32,000 nucleotides of DNA from Acaryochloris thomasi RCC1774 (GTDB taxonomy: Bacteria; Cyanobacteriota; Cyanobacteriia; Thermosynechococcales; Thermosynechococcaceae), in contig NZ_PQWO01000029.1 in assembly GCF_003231495.1 (NCBI RefSeq), positions 12,372-44,371 on the forward strand, read 5' to 3'. The translations under genes and the position numbers were made by a program. Position 1 is the first letter of the stretch; each line of letters begins with the position of its first letter. The notes below the pieces were generated by a model that ran no database searches, was not told the DNA's origin, and saw only the letters and a program-made list of their open reading frames with translations. Shown piece by piece: positions 1 through 10,118 of this stretch.

Positions 1-160
1 GAAAATCAAAAAAAGCATATCTCCGTCAGCAACTAGCGAGTCTCTTAACAGAATAGTTTGTCCCTGAACACAGAAAACTCTAGAACAGGGCTATGATTGA
101 GGCATTCACGGGAGTCTATGCAGCAGCCCACCGTGATCCATGCTCTAGCGAAACAAGATT

Positions 161-1303
161 ATGGCAGTTTGCGACTATTCTCCTGGCCTAGAAAACGTGC
201 CAGCAGCTCGATCGAGCATCTGCTTTATCGACGGCAAAACCGGACAGCTCGAATATCGCGGCATTCCGATCACTGAGCTGGCCCAGAAGAGCAGCTTTCT
301 AGAAACGGCCTACTTATTGATTTGGGGCAACCTGCCCAGCCAAAAAGACTTCGACACCTTTAAGCAAGAGATTATTCATCACCGCCGCACAAAATATCGC
401 ATTCGAGATGCGATGGAGTGCTTCCCGGCCAGCGGACACCCAATGGATGCACTCCAGGCTTCCGTAGCAGCTCTGGGCCTATTTTATTCGCAGCGGAAGC
501 TCGACGACCCAGCCTACATGCGGGAGTCGATTGTGCGCCTGCTAGCAAAGCTACCGACGATGGTGGCAGCCTTCCGGCATTTGCGTAAAGGTAACGACCC
601 AATCAAGCCTCGTGATGACCTCGACCACACCGCTAACTTTCTCTACATGCTCAACGAGCAGGAACCTCATCCACTGCAGGCCCAAGTCTTCGATACCTGT
701 CTGCTGCTCCATGCCGAACATTCACTAAACGCTTCCACCTTCTCAGCAAGAGTCACTGGCTCGACACTCACAGATCCCTACGCGATCGTGGCATCGGCAG
801 TGGGAACACTGGGGGGGCCACTCCACGGAGGCGCGAATGAAACCGTGATTCCAATGCTCAATGAAATTGGCACTGTGGAAAATGTACGCCCCTACCTCGA
901 TCAAAAGCTGGCTCAAGGTGAGAAAATTATGGGGTTCGGCCACCGGATTTATCGCGTCAAAGACCCTCGGGCTAAGATCTTGCAGGGGTTAGCGGAACAG
1001 CTATCAGAGACCTTTGGTTGCGATCGCTACTATGGCATCGCCCAAGAACTCGAAAAAGCTGTCGAAGAGCGTCTTGGAGACCGCAAGATCTACGCCAACA
1101 TCGAGTTTTACTCTGGCTTAATTTACCGACAGCTCGGCATTCCGTCAGATTTGTTTACGCCCATTTTTGCGACAGCCCGGACCGTCGGCTGGCTAGCCCA
1201 CTGGAAAGAACAGCTCGAAGCCAATCGTATTTACCGCCCCACCCAAATTTACGCAGGCCAACATGATCAAGGATATATTCCTGTCGTCGAGAGAGCGGGA
1301 TAA
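161..1303 (+). CDS. gltA: citrate synthase
   Basis: 380-aa ORF with an ATG start. It carries citrate synthase hallmark motifs GGPLHGGANE and GFGHRIYRVKDPRA, and its length is typical of cyanobacterial citrate synthases. Confidence 0.95.
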   Translation: MAVCDYSPGLENVPAARSSICFIDGKTGQLEYRGIPITELAQKSSFLETAYLLIWGNLPSQKDFDTFKQEIIHHRRTKYRIRDAMECFPASGHPMDALQASVAALGLFYSQRKLDDPAYMRESIVRLLAKLPTMVAAFRHLRKGNDPIKPRDDLDHTANFLYMLNEQEPHPLQAQVFDTCLLLHAEHSLNASTFSARVTGSTLTDPYAIVASAVGTLGGPLHGGANETVIPMLNEIGTVENVRPYLDQKLAQGEKIMGFGHRIYRVKDPRAKILQGLAEQLSETFGCDRYYGIAQELEKAVEERLGDRKIYANIEFYSGLIYRQLGIPSDLFTPIFATARTVGWLAHWKEQLEANRIYRPTQIYAGQHDQGYIPVVERAG

Positions 1304-1382
1304 AGTTCTGATTGCCTGTCTTAAGAGGGATGACGAGATAGCTCACCAAGCCTAGGCTAAAACAGTAGAACTCAACTGCTTC

Positions 1383-1946
1383 ATGGAACGCTCTCAATTT
1401 ACGGATATTTCTAGCTTCACAGTTCAGGGACGTTTATTGCGCCTGTATGGAAAGCAGAAGAAAAAGCCCAAAGCTCTGCGAGTCGAGACAAAACAGGGAA
1501 AGTACTATATCCATCTTTCTAAAAAACTGCGCAAGCAAGGCTGCTCTGGCTTGAAGAAAGGAGAGTGGGTTTGGATCACAGGTTCCCTAGAACCGAAGGG
1601 AGGCCGGTGTATCTTGAAGGCAACAGAGCTTCGCGTTATTGCGCCGGAGATCGCCCCCTCCCACTCCACCAACGGCGCGCCTGAAAACTCTAGTTCGCCT
1701 TCAACTCAGTCCGGTAAGGTTTTGATTTGCTTGAAGTCGAGCTGTGTGAAGCGTGGCGCAAAGGGAGTTGAGAAAGCGGTTGAGACAGTAATTTGCGATC
1801 GCAACCTCACCGAAGACATCACAATCAAGCCCACCGGCTGCATGGGGCACTGCAAAAAAGGTCCGAATGTTGTCGTTATGCCCGGAAAGCAGCGCTACCA
1901 GAAGGTCAAACCCAGTGATGCTCCTAGACTGATTTCTCAGGCTTAG
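1383..1946 (+). CDS. thioredoxin-like [2Fe-2S] ferredoxin domain protein with a lysine-rich N-terminal extension
   Basis: The C-terminal ~80 aa carry the pattern C-x4-C-x31-C-x3-C (CLKSSC ... CMGHC followed by KKGPNVVV), as in the NuoE/Trx-like 2Fe-2S ferredoxin family. The N-terminal ~95 aa are basic and unassigned. Confidence 0.7.
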   Translation: MERSQFTDISSFTVQGRLLRLYGKQKKKPKALRVETKQGKYYIHLSKKLRKQGCSGLKKGEWVWITGSLEPKGGRCILKATELRVIAPEIAPSHSTNGAPENSSSPSTQSGKVLICLKSSCVKRGAKGVEKAVETVICDRNLTEDITIKPTGCMGHCKKGPNVVVMPGKQRYQKVKPSDAPRLISQA

Positions 1947-2388
1947 AACTTAAAGATTTGGTTTTCAGCCAGTGATCTACAGACACTGTGTTGAAGCTGC
2001 TGCAGGCCAGCAGAATAAACAGGATCAAACCATAGACCAACTGACTGCCCGCAGCATCCCAATTCTGTACAGATGTGACCCCGAGCATCAAAATCACCAT
2101 CAAGGCTGAAGTCACCGTTAGCGCCGTGCGAGTTCGCCAGCCCACAATCATCAGCACTCCCACAATTAGCTCAATGATCGGGACCAAAAAGGCATTGATA
2201 CGCACCAAGGGTTCCGGAAAATAGGACGCTTCCATGGCCTGCACCATACTGTCTACAAAACCAGGAATGTTGCCAATCCGGGTAAGGCCGTGGTTGAGGA
2301 AGTTGACGCCCATTAAAAGACGAAGCAGGAAGTATGCGATCGCAATATCCTTTGAATTCAAACGCAGGTCAGTTCTGTAATCATTCAT
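1924..2388 (-). CDS. DoxX-family integral membrane protein
   Basis: 154 aa with four hydrophobic segments. The N-terminal LLRLLMGVNFLNHG region resembles the DoxX family. Its 3' end overlaps the convergent ferredoxin gene by 23 nt. Confidence 0.6.
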   Translation of the reverse strand: MNDYRTDLRLNSKDIAIAYFLLRLLMGVNFLNHGLTRIGNIPGFVDSMVQAMEASYFPEPLVRINAFLVPIIELIVGVLMIVGWRTRTALTVTSALMVILMLGVTSVQNWDAAGSQLVYGLILFILLACSSFNTVSVDHWLKTKSLSSKPEKSV

Positions 2389-2699
2389 TGTTCTATCTCA
2401 GTGGGTGCGTGCAACGCTAGTCATCACTTAAACAGCGTAGCCAAAACTTATGAGAGCATTATTCACGCAGAAATTACAGCGCCTCCATAGTTGGAAACAT
2501 TATATTTACGATTCTGTTGCAACCTCGGTTACTTGCGCTGGTAGATTAAGAGCTTTCTCATTCCTTCTGTAGCGCAAGACGAACAATACGAGGATATGAG
2601 ACGATCAATGCCATTGGCAAGGGTCAGATTGTTGGTATCGAGAAAGGAGATATCCGCTCTCAAAATCACTTCATCTCTGAGATCTTTGGGGTAGCCGTA

Positions 2700-2734
2700 T
2701 AAAAAGACATGAGAACTCTAGCGTTCTCATGTCT
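2700..2734 (-). terminator. Rho-independent terminator downstream of the 2829..3293 gene
   Basis: Perfect 12-bp stem AGACATGAGAAC (2705-2716) / GTTCTCATGTCT (2723-2734) with a 6-nt loop. On the minus strand the hairpin is followed directly by TTTTTAT. It lies ~95 nt after the stop of the minus-strand gene. Confidence 0.6.
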
Positions 2735-2828
2735 TCTCGAATTTTTGCAACACAACCCTTTCGCAGACATGGGTTGGTTATTTCAATGTCCCAATCAATA
2801 CGTGTACCACTGGCTCACTAGATAACTG

Positions 2829-3293
2829 TTACCGCTTAGGAGTCGTTCTGACAATTGCTGTCCCGAGAGGAAATTCATCGTTGCTAAGACTGGGGTAGTT
2901 AGCAAATACACGATAGGGTACGGAGACACCTTGAACAATTCGACCTTGAACGCGAGAATTTAGCATCACCACCCGAACAGTCTGACCGGCGGGGATTGGT
3001 TCTGCAAAAGTAAGAGCAAACTCTTCAAAACCAAAGTCCTCTTTAGGTTCAACTTGCACACCATCAACAAACACGGCCAAACTGTCAAGTTCATGGAACG
3101 TAACGCATTGGACACGAAGACGCTTCAGCGGTTCTTCCTGAACAGCAACCTCAAAAAAGTGATCTTCGCCGTTACGCAGCACACCCGCTTCAGAAACTAC
3201 CGATGTGGCAGCAGCCTGTGCTTCGAAGGTAATTGCGTTCAAGCCGGTTACCATTGCAACCGCAACTAAGCCATTTAATAGTAGCTTCTTCAT
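2829..3293 (-). CDS. secreted protein of unknown function (possibly the cyanobacteria-restricted DUF2808 type, tentative)
   Basis: 154 aa with an N-terminal signal peptide (MKKLLLNGLVAVAMVTGLNAITFEAQA). The body is beta-rich with no catalytic motif I recognise. A terminator follows it. Confidence 0.55.
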   Translation of the reverse strand: MKKLLLNGLVAVAMVTGLNAITFEAQAAATSVVSEAGVLRNGEDHFFEVAVQEEPLKRLRVQCVTFHELDSLAVFVDGVQVEPKEDFGFEEFALTFAEPIPAGQTVRVVMLNSRVQGRIVQGVSVPYRVFANYPSLSNDEFPLGTAIVRTTPKR

Positions 3294-3791
3294 TATTACT
3301 ACACCCTCAATAGATTTTTACATGAAATTTCTAAGATGCTGGCACCTCAGAAACTAGGGACTAAGGCAGGCTTAGGGAACATTTTAGAAACCCATTTAAG
3401 CATATGCTGAAAGCCTGATTTAGATTCGGCTTCCTGAGCTATATCTACATACTTTCTCTTGCTCCAACGATCCATTTTCCTCAGGAGAATGACGCTACTA
3501 GCAAAATCGGAAACTTAAGGAAAAGGAATCTATTTACCCCCTCAAAGACTTCCCTAATTTCCTTGCAGTAGTGCTCAATAAGTAATTCATCAAAATTAGC
3601 CTTACTTTTATCGGCCATAATGAGTAGAAGATGAGTATTGACCTACATCGATATGAATTATGGTTGGGATCTGCTGCAAAATCACACCAACATCAGGATT
3701 TTGTCTTTTTTTGGCGATACTGGGATGAAGAGCCTACTAAGTAGTGAGGCAGAATCAAGTTAAAGATCAGATATTAGCAAATGCTCTACAT

Positions 3792-3908
3792 GGCCCTCAC
3801 CCCCAGCCCCTCTCCCAACATTGGGAGAGGGGAAAAAGATCCCCTCGCTATCTGCCTTTCTCCCCCTTCGCCCAGTATTGGGAGAGGGGGGCTGGGGGGG
3901 TGAGGGCC
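3792..3908. repeat. MITE-like nested palindromic element (C-run/G-run arms)
   Basis: The left arm GGCCCTCACCCCCAGCCCCTCTCCCAA (3792-3818) is the reverse complement of the right arm TTGGGAGAGGGGGGCTGGGGGGGTGAGGGCC (3878-3908), apart from G-run lengths. The core TTGGGAGAGGGG occurs again at 3821-3832, directly abutting the left arm. Confidence 0.8.
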
Positions 3909-4152
3909 AATGCAACGATATTGAATCTAATCAGGAATCTTCAAGTCAATTAAGCCTATCTACTTAGCAAGGCAGAGCTACACGTTCAACCGGTCAATAT
4001 CAAACGCTTACTCAACGGGTCTAAACCCAGGGTTGTATTGCAACAATTGTGAGAGTAGGAGAAGCCCAATAAAAGCGATCGCAACTCTCAAACCAGAGAT
4101 CATCGAACCCCGCATCATTTAAAATAAGGACTCACACAACAGGAACCCCACA

Positions 4153-6762
4153 GTGGCTAAGCTCAGCGGCGCTCAAATCCGACAGAAATTTCTCGACTTC
4201 TACGCGGCCAAAAACCATCAAGTCTTACCGAGTGCTTCCCTGGTGCCAGAAGATCCCACAGTACTGCTCACCATTGCTGGGATGCTGCCCTTCAAGCCCA
4301 TCTTCCTGGGCCAAAAGCCTGCTGAGTACCCACGGGCGACGACTTCGCAGAAGTGTATTCGCACCAACGATATTGAGAATGTCGGGAAGACCGCCCGCCA
4401 CCATACCTTCTTCGAGATGTTGGGCAACTTCAGCTTTGGCGATTACTTTAAAGAACAAGCCATTGCTTGGGCCTGGGAACTCTCCACAAAGGTGTATAAA
4501 CTCCCCCCCGAGCGCATTATCCCCAGCGTGTTTGTAGAGGATGATGAAGCCTTTGCGATCTGGCGAGACAAAATTGGCATTCCTGCTCACCGAATTCAGC
4601 GTATAAGAGAAGACAACTTCTGGACTAGTGGCCCTACAGGTCCCTGCGGTCCCTCCTCAGAATTGTTTTATGACTTTTATCCTGAAAGGGGCGACGACAG
4701 TATTGATCTCGAAGACGATTCCCGGTTTATCGAGTACTACAACTTAGTGTTCATGCAGTCCAATCAGGACAGCGAGGGTAAACTGACACCCCTAGAAAAG
4801 CAAAATATTGACACGGGCTTGGGTCTAGAGCGGATGGCTCAAATCCTCCAGGGAGTGCCCAACAACTATGAGACCGATCTGATTCTCCCGATCATCAAGA
4901 CAGCAGCTAAGATCGCCGGGATTAAGTATAAAAAGTCCGACGAGAAGACTAAGACTTCGCTAAAGGTGATTGGCGATCATATTCGGGCGGTCGTACATCT
5001 AATTGCCGATGGAGTAACGGCCTCCAATACCGATCGCGGCTATATACTCCGCAGGCTGATTCGGCGTGTTGTGCGGCACGGTCGATTGATTGGTATTGAG
5101 GGAGCCTTTACAACTGAAGTCGCTGAGAGTGCGATCTCACTCTCTGAATCTGCTTTCCCTACCGTCCGCGAACGGGAGTCAGCCATTAAAGCAGAGCTAG
5201 AGCGCGAAGAGGCCCAGTTCTTGGCTACGTTAGGGCGAGGCGAAAAACTGCTGGCTGACATTATGGCTAGTAAACCAAAGCAAATCTCCGGCGAAGACGC
5301 CTTTACTCTCTACGACACCCACGGTTTCCCGTTTGAGCTAACCCAAGAGATCGCCGCCGAGCAGGGGCTAACGGTGGACGAAAAAGGTTTTGAAGCAGAA
5401 ATGGCGAAGCAGCGCGATCGCTCCCGTGATGCCCACGAAACTATCGATCTCACCGCTCAGGGTGCCTTGAGTCAGCTCAAGATTCATCCCACTGAGTTTT
5501 TGGGCTATACCCAGCCCGACTCTAGCGCTGCGGTAAAGGCATTGCTAGTAGAAGGCAAGTCTGCCGATAGTGCTGAGGCCGGAACGCAGGTGCAAGTAGC
5601 GCTCGACCAAACCCCTTTCTATGCCGAATCCGGGGGACAGATTGGCGACCAAGGCTATCTGTCAGGTAAAGATGTTTTGGTCCGCGTCGAAGATGTACAA
5701 AAAGAGTCCGATGTTTTTATCCATTACGGACGGGTTGAGCGCGGCAGTCTCAAAGTGGGCGATCAGGTTTCAGCCCAGATCGATCTGGCCTGTCGTCGTC
5801 GGGTGCAGGCCCATCACACCGCCACGCATTTGCTCCAAGCTGCTCTGAAAAAATTGATTGACGAGAATATTGGACAGGCCGGTTCTCTGGTTTCCTTCGA
5901 ACGCCTGCGGTTTGACTTCAACTATGGCAAGCCATTGACGGCAGAAGAACTGCAGTCCATCGAAGAGCAGATCAATACCTGGATTGCAGAAGCCCACGCA
6001 ACGACCACCAGCGTCATGCCCATTGCTGACGCAAAAGCCAAAGGTGCCGTTGCCATGTTTGGCGAAAAGTACGGTGCAGAAGTCCGGGTGATGGATGTCC
6101 CTGGTGTGTCAATGGAGCTGTGTGGCGGCACCCACGTCACAAATACGGCTGAGATTGGCATCTTCAAGATCGTTTCTGAAGCGGGTGTTTCTTCTGGCAT
6201 TCGTCGCATTGAAGCCATTGCGGGACCGGCTGTGCTGGAGTATCTCAACGTGCGTGATGCCGTGGTGCGAGATTTGAGCGATCGATTCAAAGCCAAACCG
6301 GAGGAACTGCCGGAACGGATTACAAACCTCCAGACTGAGTTGAAGTCTACACAGAAACAGCTTGAGCAACTCAAATCTGAGCTAGCCATTACTAAATCTG
6401 ATCAGCTTGTCGAGCAGGCGGATTCGGTTGGTTCATTTAAGGTGCTGGTGTCTCAACTTGAAGGTGTCGATCCTGAAGCGTTGAAGACGGCGGCGGAACG
6501 GCTATTGCAAAAGCTAGGTGAAGGTGCAGTGGTGCTGGGGTCTGTCCCAGAGGCTGGCAAAGTCAGTCTGGTGGCGGCGTTTAGTCCAGAAGTGATTAAG
6601 CAAGGGCTGCAGGCAGGGAAATTTGTGGGTGCGATCGCAAAACAATGCGGCGGCGGCGGCGGCGGTCGTCCGAACTTAGCACAGGCGGGCGGACGCGATC
6701 CCAGCAAACTGGGCGCAGCCTTAGCTGACGCTCGACAACAGTTAAGTGATGCTCTCGGTTGA
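4153..6762 (+). CDS. alaS: alanine--tRNA ligase
   Basis: 869 aa with a GTG start. It has class II AlaRS motifs (FTIAGM-like [30 protein letters not shown]), the editing-domain HHTATHLL and CGGTHV motifs, and a C-terminal GGGGGG/DHHA1-like tail. Confidence 0.97.
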   Translation: MAKLSGAQIRQKFLDFYAAKNHQVLPSASLVPEDPTVLLTIAGMLPFKPIFLGQKPAEYPRATTSQKCIRTNDIENVGKTARHHTFFEMLGNFSFGDYFKEQAIAWAWELSTKVYKLPPERIIPSVFVEDDEAFAIWRDKIGIPAHRIQRIREDNFWTSGPTGPCGPSSELFYDFYPERGDDSIDLEDDSRFIEYYNLVFMQSNQDSEGKLTPLEKQNIDTGLGLERMAQILQGVPNNYETDLILPIIKTAAKIAGIKYKKSDEKTKTSLKVIGDHIRAVVHLIADGVTASNTDRGYILRRLIRRVVRHGRLIGIEGAFTTEVAESAISLSESAFPTVRERESAIKAELEREEAQFLATLGRGEKLLADIMASKPKQISGEDAFTLYDTHGFPFELTQEIAAEQGLTVDEKGFEAEMAKQRDRSRDAHETIDLTAQGALSQLKIHPTEFLGYTQPDSSAAVKALLVEGKSADSAEAGTQVQVALDQTPFYAESGGQIGDQGYLSGKDVLVRVEDVQKESDVFIHYGRVERGSLKVGDQVSAQIDLACRRRVQAHHTATHLLQAALKKLIDENIGQAGSLVSFERLRFDFNYGKPLTAEELQSIEEQINTWIAEAHATTTSVMPIADAKAKGAVAMFGEKYGAEVRVMDVPGVSMELCGGTHVTNTAEIGIFKIVSEAGVSSGIRRIEAIAGPAVLEYLNVRDAVVRDLSDRFKAKPEELPERITNLQTELKSTQKQLEQLKSELAITKSDQLVEQADSVGSFKVLVSQLEGVDPEALKTAAERLLQKLGEGAVVLGSVPEAGKVSLVAAFSPEVIKQGLQAGKFVGAIAKQCGGGGGGRPNLAQAGGRDPSKLGAALADARQQLSDALG

Positions 6763-7424
6763 TGAAGGCAGTTATCTTTGATCTAGATCAGACACTCCTT
6801 GATCGCGAACAATCACTGATAAGTTTCGCTAAATGGCAGTGTCGCGGCATGCTGCGAACTAATATAAATGATGAGAATTTATTTATAGCCCGCTTCATCG
6901 AATTAGATGCAAACGGTACTGTCTGGAAAGATAGAGTTTACGAGAGTTTAATTTCTGAATTTGAAATACAGGGTTGGAGTGTTCCAGAACTTCTATCCGT
7001 TTACGAACTGTGTTTCTGTGGATTTTCCGTTCCAAAGAATGGGGTCAGAGATGCGCTCGATGAAATTTCGAAGAACTACAAACTAGGTCTGATTTCTAAT
7101 GGGATGACACCTTTCCAAGAACGTAACTTTCAAAGCCTTGGATTTGCTTCGCAGTTTGAGAGCATCATTGTTTCTCAGGCCGTAGATATTCGCAAGCCTG
7201 ACCCAAGAATCTTTGAGCTCAGTTGTAAAGAACTCGGAATTGATACATCAGAGGCTATCTACGTCGGAGATAATCCTGTCGCAGATATTGAAGGGGCAAG
7301 GGATACAGGATTACACACCATATTTATTCCTAGCTCGGTACATTCTAAATGCTCCATTGCAGACGCCATCTGTTCTGATATGAGACAGCTTCCGCAGATT
7401 ATCAATGGCTTTGTCGATCCGTGA
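6762..7424 (+). CDS. HAD-superfamily hydrolase (subfamily IA-like)
   Basis: HAD motif I FDLDQTLLD, motif II LISNG, and motif IV GDNPVADIEGA. The ATG at 6762 shares one base with the alaS stop (TGATG). The ORF track starts 3 nt earlier at a TTG. Confidence 0.85.
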   Translation: MKAVIFDLDQTLLDREQSLISFAKWQCRGMLRTNINDENLFIARFIELDANGTVWKDRVYESLISEFEIQGWSVPELLSVYELCFCGFSVPKNGVRDALDEISKNYKLGLISNGMTPFQERNFQSLGFASQFESIIVSQAVDIRKPDPRIFELSCKELGIDTSEAIYVGDNPVADIEGARDTGLHTIFIPSSVHSKCSIADAICSDMRQLPQIINGFVDP

Positions 7425-7496
7425 TTGAATACTGATTGCACAAGTAGCATGCGGCAACGATACAGCAGCGGCCTTCAATTCGTTAATAATAGGTCT

Positions 7497-8465
7497 TCAC
7501 TCGGGCTTAGTTGCGATCGCAACCCCTCTCACCGGCCCCGGATAGCCCTCAATCGTCTTCGTCACATCATTGGGATCTAAAAAATCCGCCAGCGATTGCT
7601 TCATCATCCAATCTGTTGCCCGCTGCTCTTGAACCGTCGTCGGCGTCACATCCACAATCCGAACGTCTTGAAACCCGCATTGAGCCAGCCAAAGCCTGAG
7701 GGTACCGCAAGAAGGAATCGCCCACACATTCCGCATTTGAGCATAGCGATCTTCGGGCACCAGTACTTGCTCTTGCTCTCCCGCCAGCACCAAAGTCTCC
7801 AGCACTAACTCTCCCCCCGGCCTCAGTGCATCACCCAGCACCGCCAGATGCTCCAGTGGTTCGCGGCGGTGATACAGCACACCCATCGAAAACACCGTAT
7901 CAAAAGCACACAAACAACCCGGCAGATGTTCAATCCCCAGCGGCAACACGTAGACTTCTGGTTGCGGTAGATAGCGTCGCATCGCCGCATACTGCATTTC
8001 AAATAAGCGCGATGGATCTAAACCAATCACCAGTGCAGCCCCGGCCCCCGCCATCCGCCAAGCATAGTAACCATTTCCGCAGCCCACATCTAAAATCACC
8101 CGCCCCTCCAGGGGTTGAATCTGGTCCTTAATACGCTCCCACTTCCAGTCAGAACGCCACTCCGTATCGAGATGGAGACCAAATAGCTCAAACGGTCCTT
8201 TGCGCCAGGGCTTGAGCTGCTTCAGAGCTGTTACAAGTTGCTCTTGCAGTTCCCCATCAATATCCTTTGACCGACCGATCCTGACACCGTTGACCAAATC
8301 GACCTCACTGGGCAGCGCATCTGGAAGACTGGCAACGGCCTGCTGCCATTGCTCCATATGACCGTGCTTTTTCGGTGCTGTTTGGAGCTGTGTTGGCAGC
8401 GTCTCTAGCCAGGGGCGCACAGAGGTTCGAGAGAGACGGTCATACAATCGATCGAGTTCAAGCAT
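7497..8465 (-). CDS. cmoB: tRNA U34 carboxymethyltransferase (cmo5U synthase)
   Basis: Collinear with E. coli CmoB as I recall it: WLETLP, PWRKGPF, DTEWRSDWKW, ILDVGCGNGY, FDTVFSMGVLYHRR, PLEHL, RYAQMRNV, SLADFLDP, EGYP. The ATG at 8465 puts WLETLP at the same distance from the start as in E. coli. The ORF track begins at a TTG 15 nt upstream. Confidence 0.9.
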   Translation of the reverse strand: MLELDRLYDRLSRTSVRPWLETLPTQLQTAPKKHGHMEQWQQAVASLPDALPSEVDLVNGVRIGRSKDIDGELQEQLVTALKQLKPWRKGPFELFGLHLDTEWRSDWKWERIKDQIQPLEGRVILDVGCGNGYYAWRMAGAGAALVIGLDPSRLFEMQYAAMRRYLPQPEVYVLPLGIEHLPGCLCAFDTVFSMGVLYHRREPLEHLAVLGDALRPGGELVLETLVLAGEQEQVLVPEDRYAQMRNVWAIPSCGTLRLWLAQCGFQDVRIVDVTPTTVQEQRATDWMMKQSLADFLDPNDVTKTIEGYPGPVRGVAIATKPE

Positions 8466-8513
8466 AAACGGGAGTTCCAAGCCTCCCTAGACTATGCCAT
8501 GCTCTAGAAAGAG

Positions 8514-9239
8514 TTGAGGAAAAGAACCTTGGCAAAAGTGGGTGATGCCATCCAGGCTGCAAATGCGAACTGGTCTTTCGGGGGGCAAACCCGCGAACAG
8601 TTTGAACAGCATATTCATAAATCTGTTCCCTTTTATGCCGAAGGACATCAGCTTGTGGAGGCGCTCTCTGATTTCTTTCTAGTGGAAGGTTCAGTTTGCT
8701 ATGACTTAGGCTGCTCCACCGGTTCACTTATGGTCTCGCTCGCGGAACGTCATGCCAACAGGCAGATTCAGTTTATCGGCATTGACTGCGAAGCCGATAT
8801 GGCTCAGCAGGCGCAGGCCCAAGGTCAAACCTTTGCCAATATTGAGATCCGTCACCAGAACTTGATTGATGTAGAGCTGGAGCCAGCCGACCTGATTGTG
8901 GCCTATTACACGATGCAATTCGTCAATCCCAAGCATCGCCAAGCCATCTTCAATCAGATTTACGAAGCCCTTAACTGGGGCGGCGGTTTAATTTTGTTTG
9001 AGAAAGTGCGCGCCCCCGATGCTCGCTTCCAGGACATGACGACGACGCTCTACACCGACTTTAAGTTGCAGCAGGGTTATTCCGGCGATGAGATTGTAGC
9101 CAAGACCCGCAGTCTAAAAGGAGTCTTGGAACCTTTTTCCACTGCAGGCAATCTAGGATTATTAGAACGAGCCGGTTTTGTCGATATTATGACAGTGATG
9201 AAGTACGTTTGTTTCGAGGGTTTCCTAGCCATCAAGTGA
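8514..9239 (+). CDS. cmoA: carboxy-S-adenosyl-L-methionine synthase
   Basis: A class I SAM-methyltransferase fold (YDLGCSTG) with CmoA-like context: NWSF...F..HI.KSVP.Y at the N-terminus, MQFV, LILFEK. It is divergent from cmoB. The start is uncertain (TTG at 8514 or in-frame GTG at 8538). Confidence 0.85.
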   Translation: MRKRTLAKVGDAIQAANANWSFGGQTREQFEQHIHKSVPFYAEGHQLVEALSDFFLVEGSVCYDLGCSTGSLMVSLAERHANRQIQFIGIDCEADMAQQAQAQGQTFANIEIRHQNLIDVELEPADLIVAYYTMQFVNPKHRQAIFNQIYEALNWGGGLILFEKVRAPDARFQDMTTTLYTDFKLQQGYSGDEIVAKTRSLKGVLEPFSTAGNLGLLERAGFVDIMTVMKYVCFEGFLAIK

Positions 9240-9326
9240 TCTAGAGGTGGTGCGAAACAGTTGGAGATAAATAAATGACCTATGCCCTAACCATACGCTT
9301 AAAAACTCAGTTCTAAGCTATGTATT

Positions 9327-9360
9327 CTCCCCCCTTTTTCAAGGGAGGCTGAGGGGGATC
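9327..9360. repeat. short C-run/G-run palindromic intergenic repeat
   Basis: In CTCCCCCCTTTTTCAAGGGAGGCTGAGGGGGATC, TCCCCC pairs with GGGGGA and the inner CCCTT pairs with AAGGG. It has the same flavour as the element at 3792-3908. Confidence 0.5.
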
Positions 9361-9512
9361 TGACTCGTGGCCGTATGCAACAGGCTTGCTAAAATTACGG
9401 GTTGTAGAGCGATAGCTGAGGGAAGAGCATACTTTAAAGTGTGGCAGATGTACCACCATTTTGGCCCGTGCCTAGTTATCACGACTAATTACTATTTGAA
9501 GAGTTATCAACG

Positions 9513-10118
9513 ATGCAAAGATATCTAAAATTTTCTCTACTGACTTTATTCATTGCGCTATCCGCATGTACAAATGGGAATCTCACGGAGAACAGCAGCA
9601 TTGAAACGGCTGCTGAACCAGAGAATATTGACTCAGCGTTCACTCAAGGTGCCGAGCCAGAAGATGTTGAACCGACGGTAGAAGGCGTCGGACGGATCGA
9701 ATCGGAATCAGAGCCAACACCAGTGGCAGCCGCCCCCAGCGAGGTGCTTCAGACCCAGCCAGGGCCAAGGGGTATGGAGGTAGACTTACGTCGTGCTGTC
9801 GTTACTGGTGATATCCTGACCGTTGAAATCACCTATCGCAACCCGACTGATAGGGTCCAATCTACGGTCTACAAACCTGATAAAGTCAGCATCATTGATG
9901 ATGCCACCTCGAAACGGTATGACGTGCTTCAAGACGACACAGAGCGCTACATGGCATCGCCATTAGCTGCGACAGACAGCATTAGCCTCACGGCGGCGTC
10001 CAAGGGGGGAGCAGCTACTGGGTGGTTCAAGTTCCCGGCTCCGCCCCCTTCTTCAGAGACAATCTCGGTCAATATCCCCGAGGTAGGAGCTTTCCTAGGT
10101 GTTCCGGTGCAGCGATGA
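9513..10118 (+). CDS. lipoprotein of unknown function
   Basis: Signal peptide with lipobox LSAC (MQRYLKFSLLTLFIALSAC). This is followed by an acidic low-complexity linker and a ~110-aa beta-rich C-terminal domain. Its stop overlaps the next start (ATGA). Confidence 0.6.
   Translation: MQRYLKFSLLTLFIALSACTNGNLTENSSIETAAEPENIDSAFTQGAEPEDVEPTVEGVGRIESESEPTPVAAAPSEVLQTQPGPRGMEVDLRRAVVTGDILTVEITYRNPTDRVQSTVYKPDKVSIIDDATSKRYDVLQDDTERYMASPLAATDSISLTAASKGGAATGWFKFPAPPPSSETISVNIPEVGAFLGVPVQR

Noticed and set aside
3481-3618. 45-codon minus-strand ORF (MADKSKANFDELLIEHYCKEIREVFEGVNRFLFLKFPILLVASFS) in the alaS upstream gap.
   Set aside because: It has no SD-like sequence, no recognisable family, and is below any reasonable length support. 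I note it only as a candidate for ribosome-profiling data.
3744-3953. 69-aa ORF (…PHPQPLSQHWERGKRSP…WERGAGGVRA…).
   Set aside because: It is the literal translation of the C-run/G-run palindromic repeat at 3792-3908. The low-complexity, mirror-like peptide is typical of repeat-derived pseudo-ORFs.
4218-6707. Several long antisense or alternate-frame ORFs inside alaS (4225-4590 -, 5922-6389 -, 6453-6707 -, 5621-5848 + and others).
   Set aside because: These are shadow ORFs in a GC-rich, strongly codon-biased gene. Their products are low-complexity and rich in Ser/Arg/Ala, with no start or RBS context. alaS explains the region fully.
7511-8727. Antisense ORFs across cmoB and the 5' end of cmoA (7511-7699 +, 7596-7808 +, 7826-8131 +, 8458-8727 -).
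   Set aside because: Their translations are Pro/Ser/His-rich with no motifs. The opposite strand encodes clearly recognisable CmoB and CmoA.
10022-10114. 5' extension of the OmpA-like ORF (MVQVPGSAPFFRDNLG...).
   Set aside because: It overlaps the upstream lipoprotein gene in another frame. The internal ATG at 10115 yields a textbook lipoprotein signal and an ATGA coupling junction.
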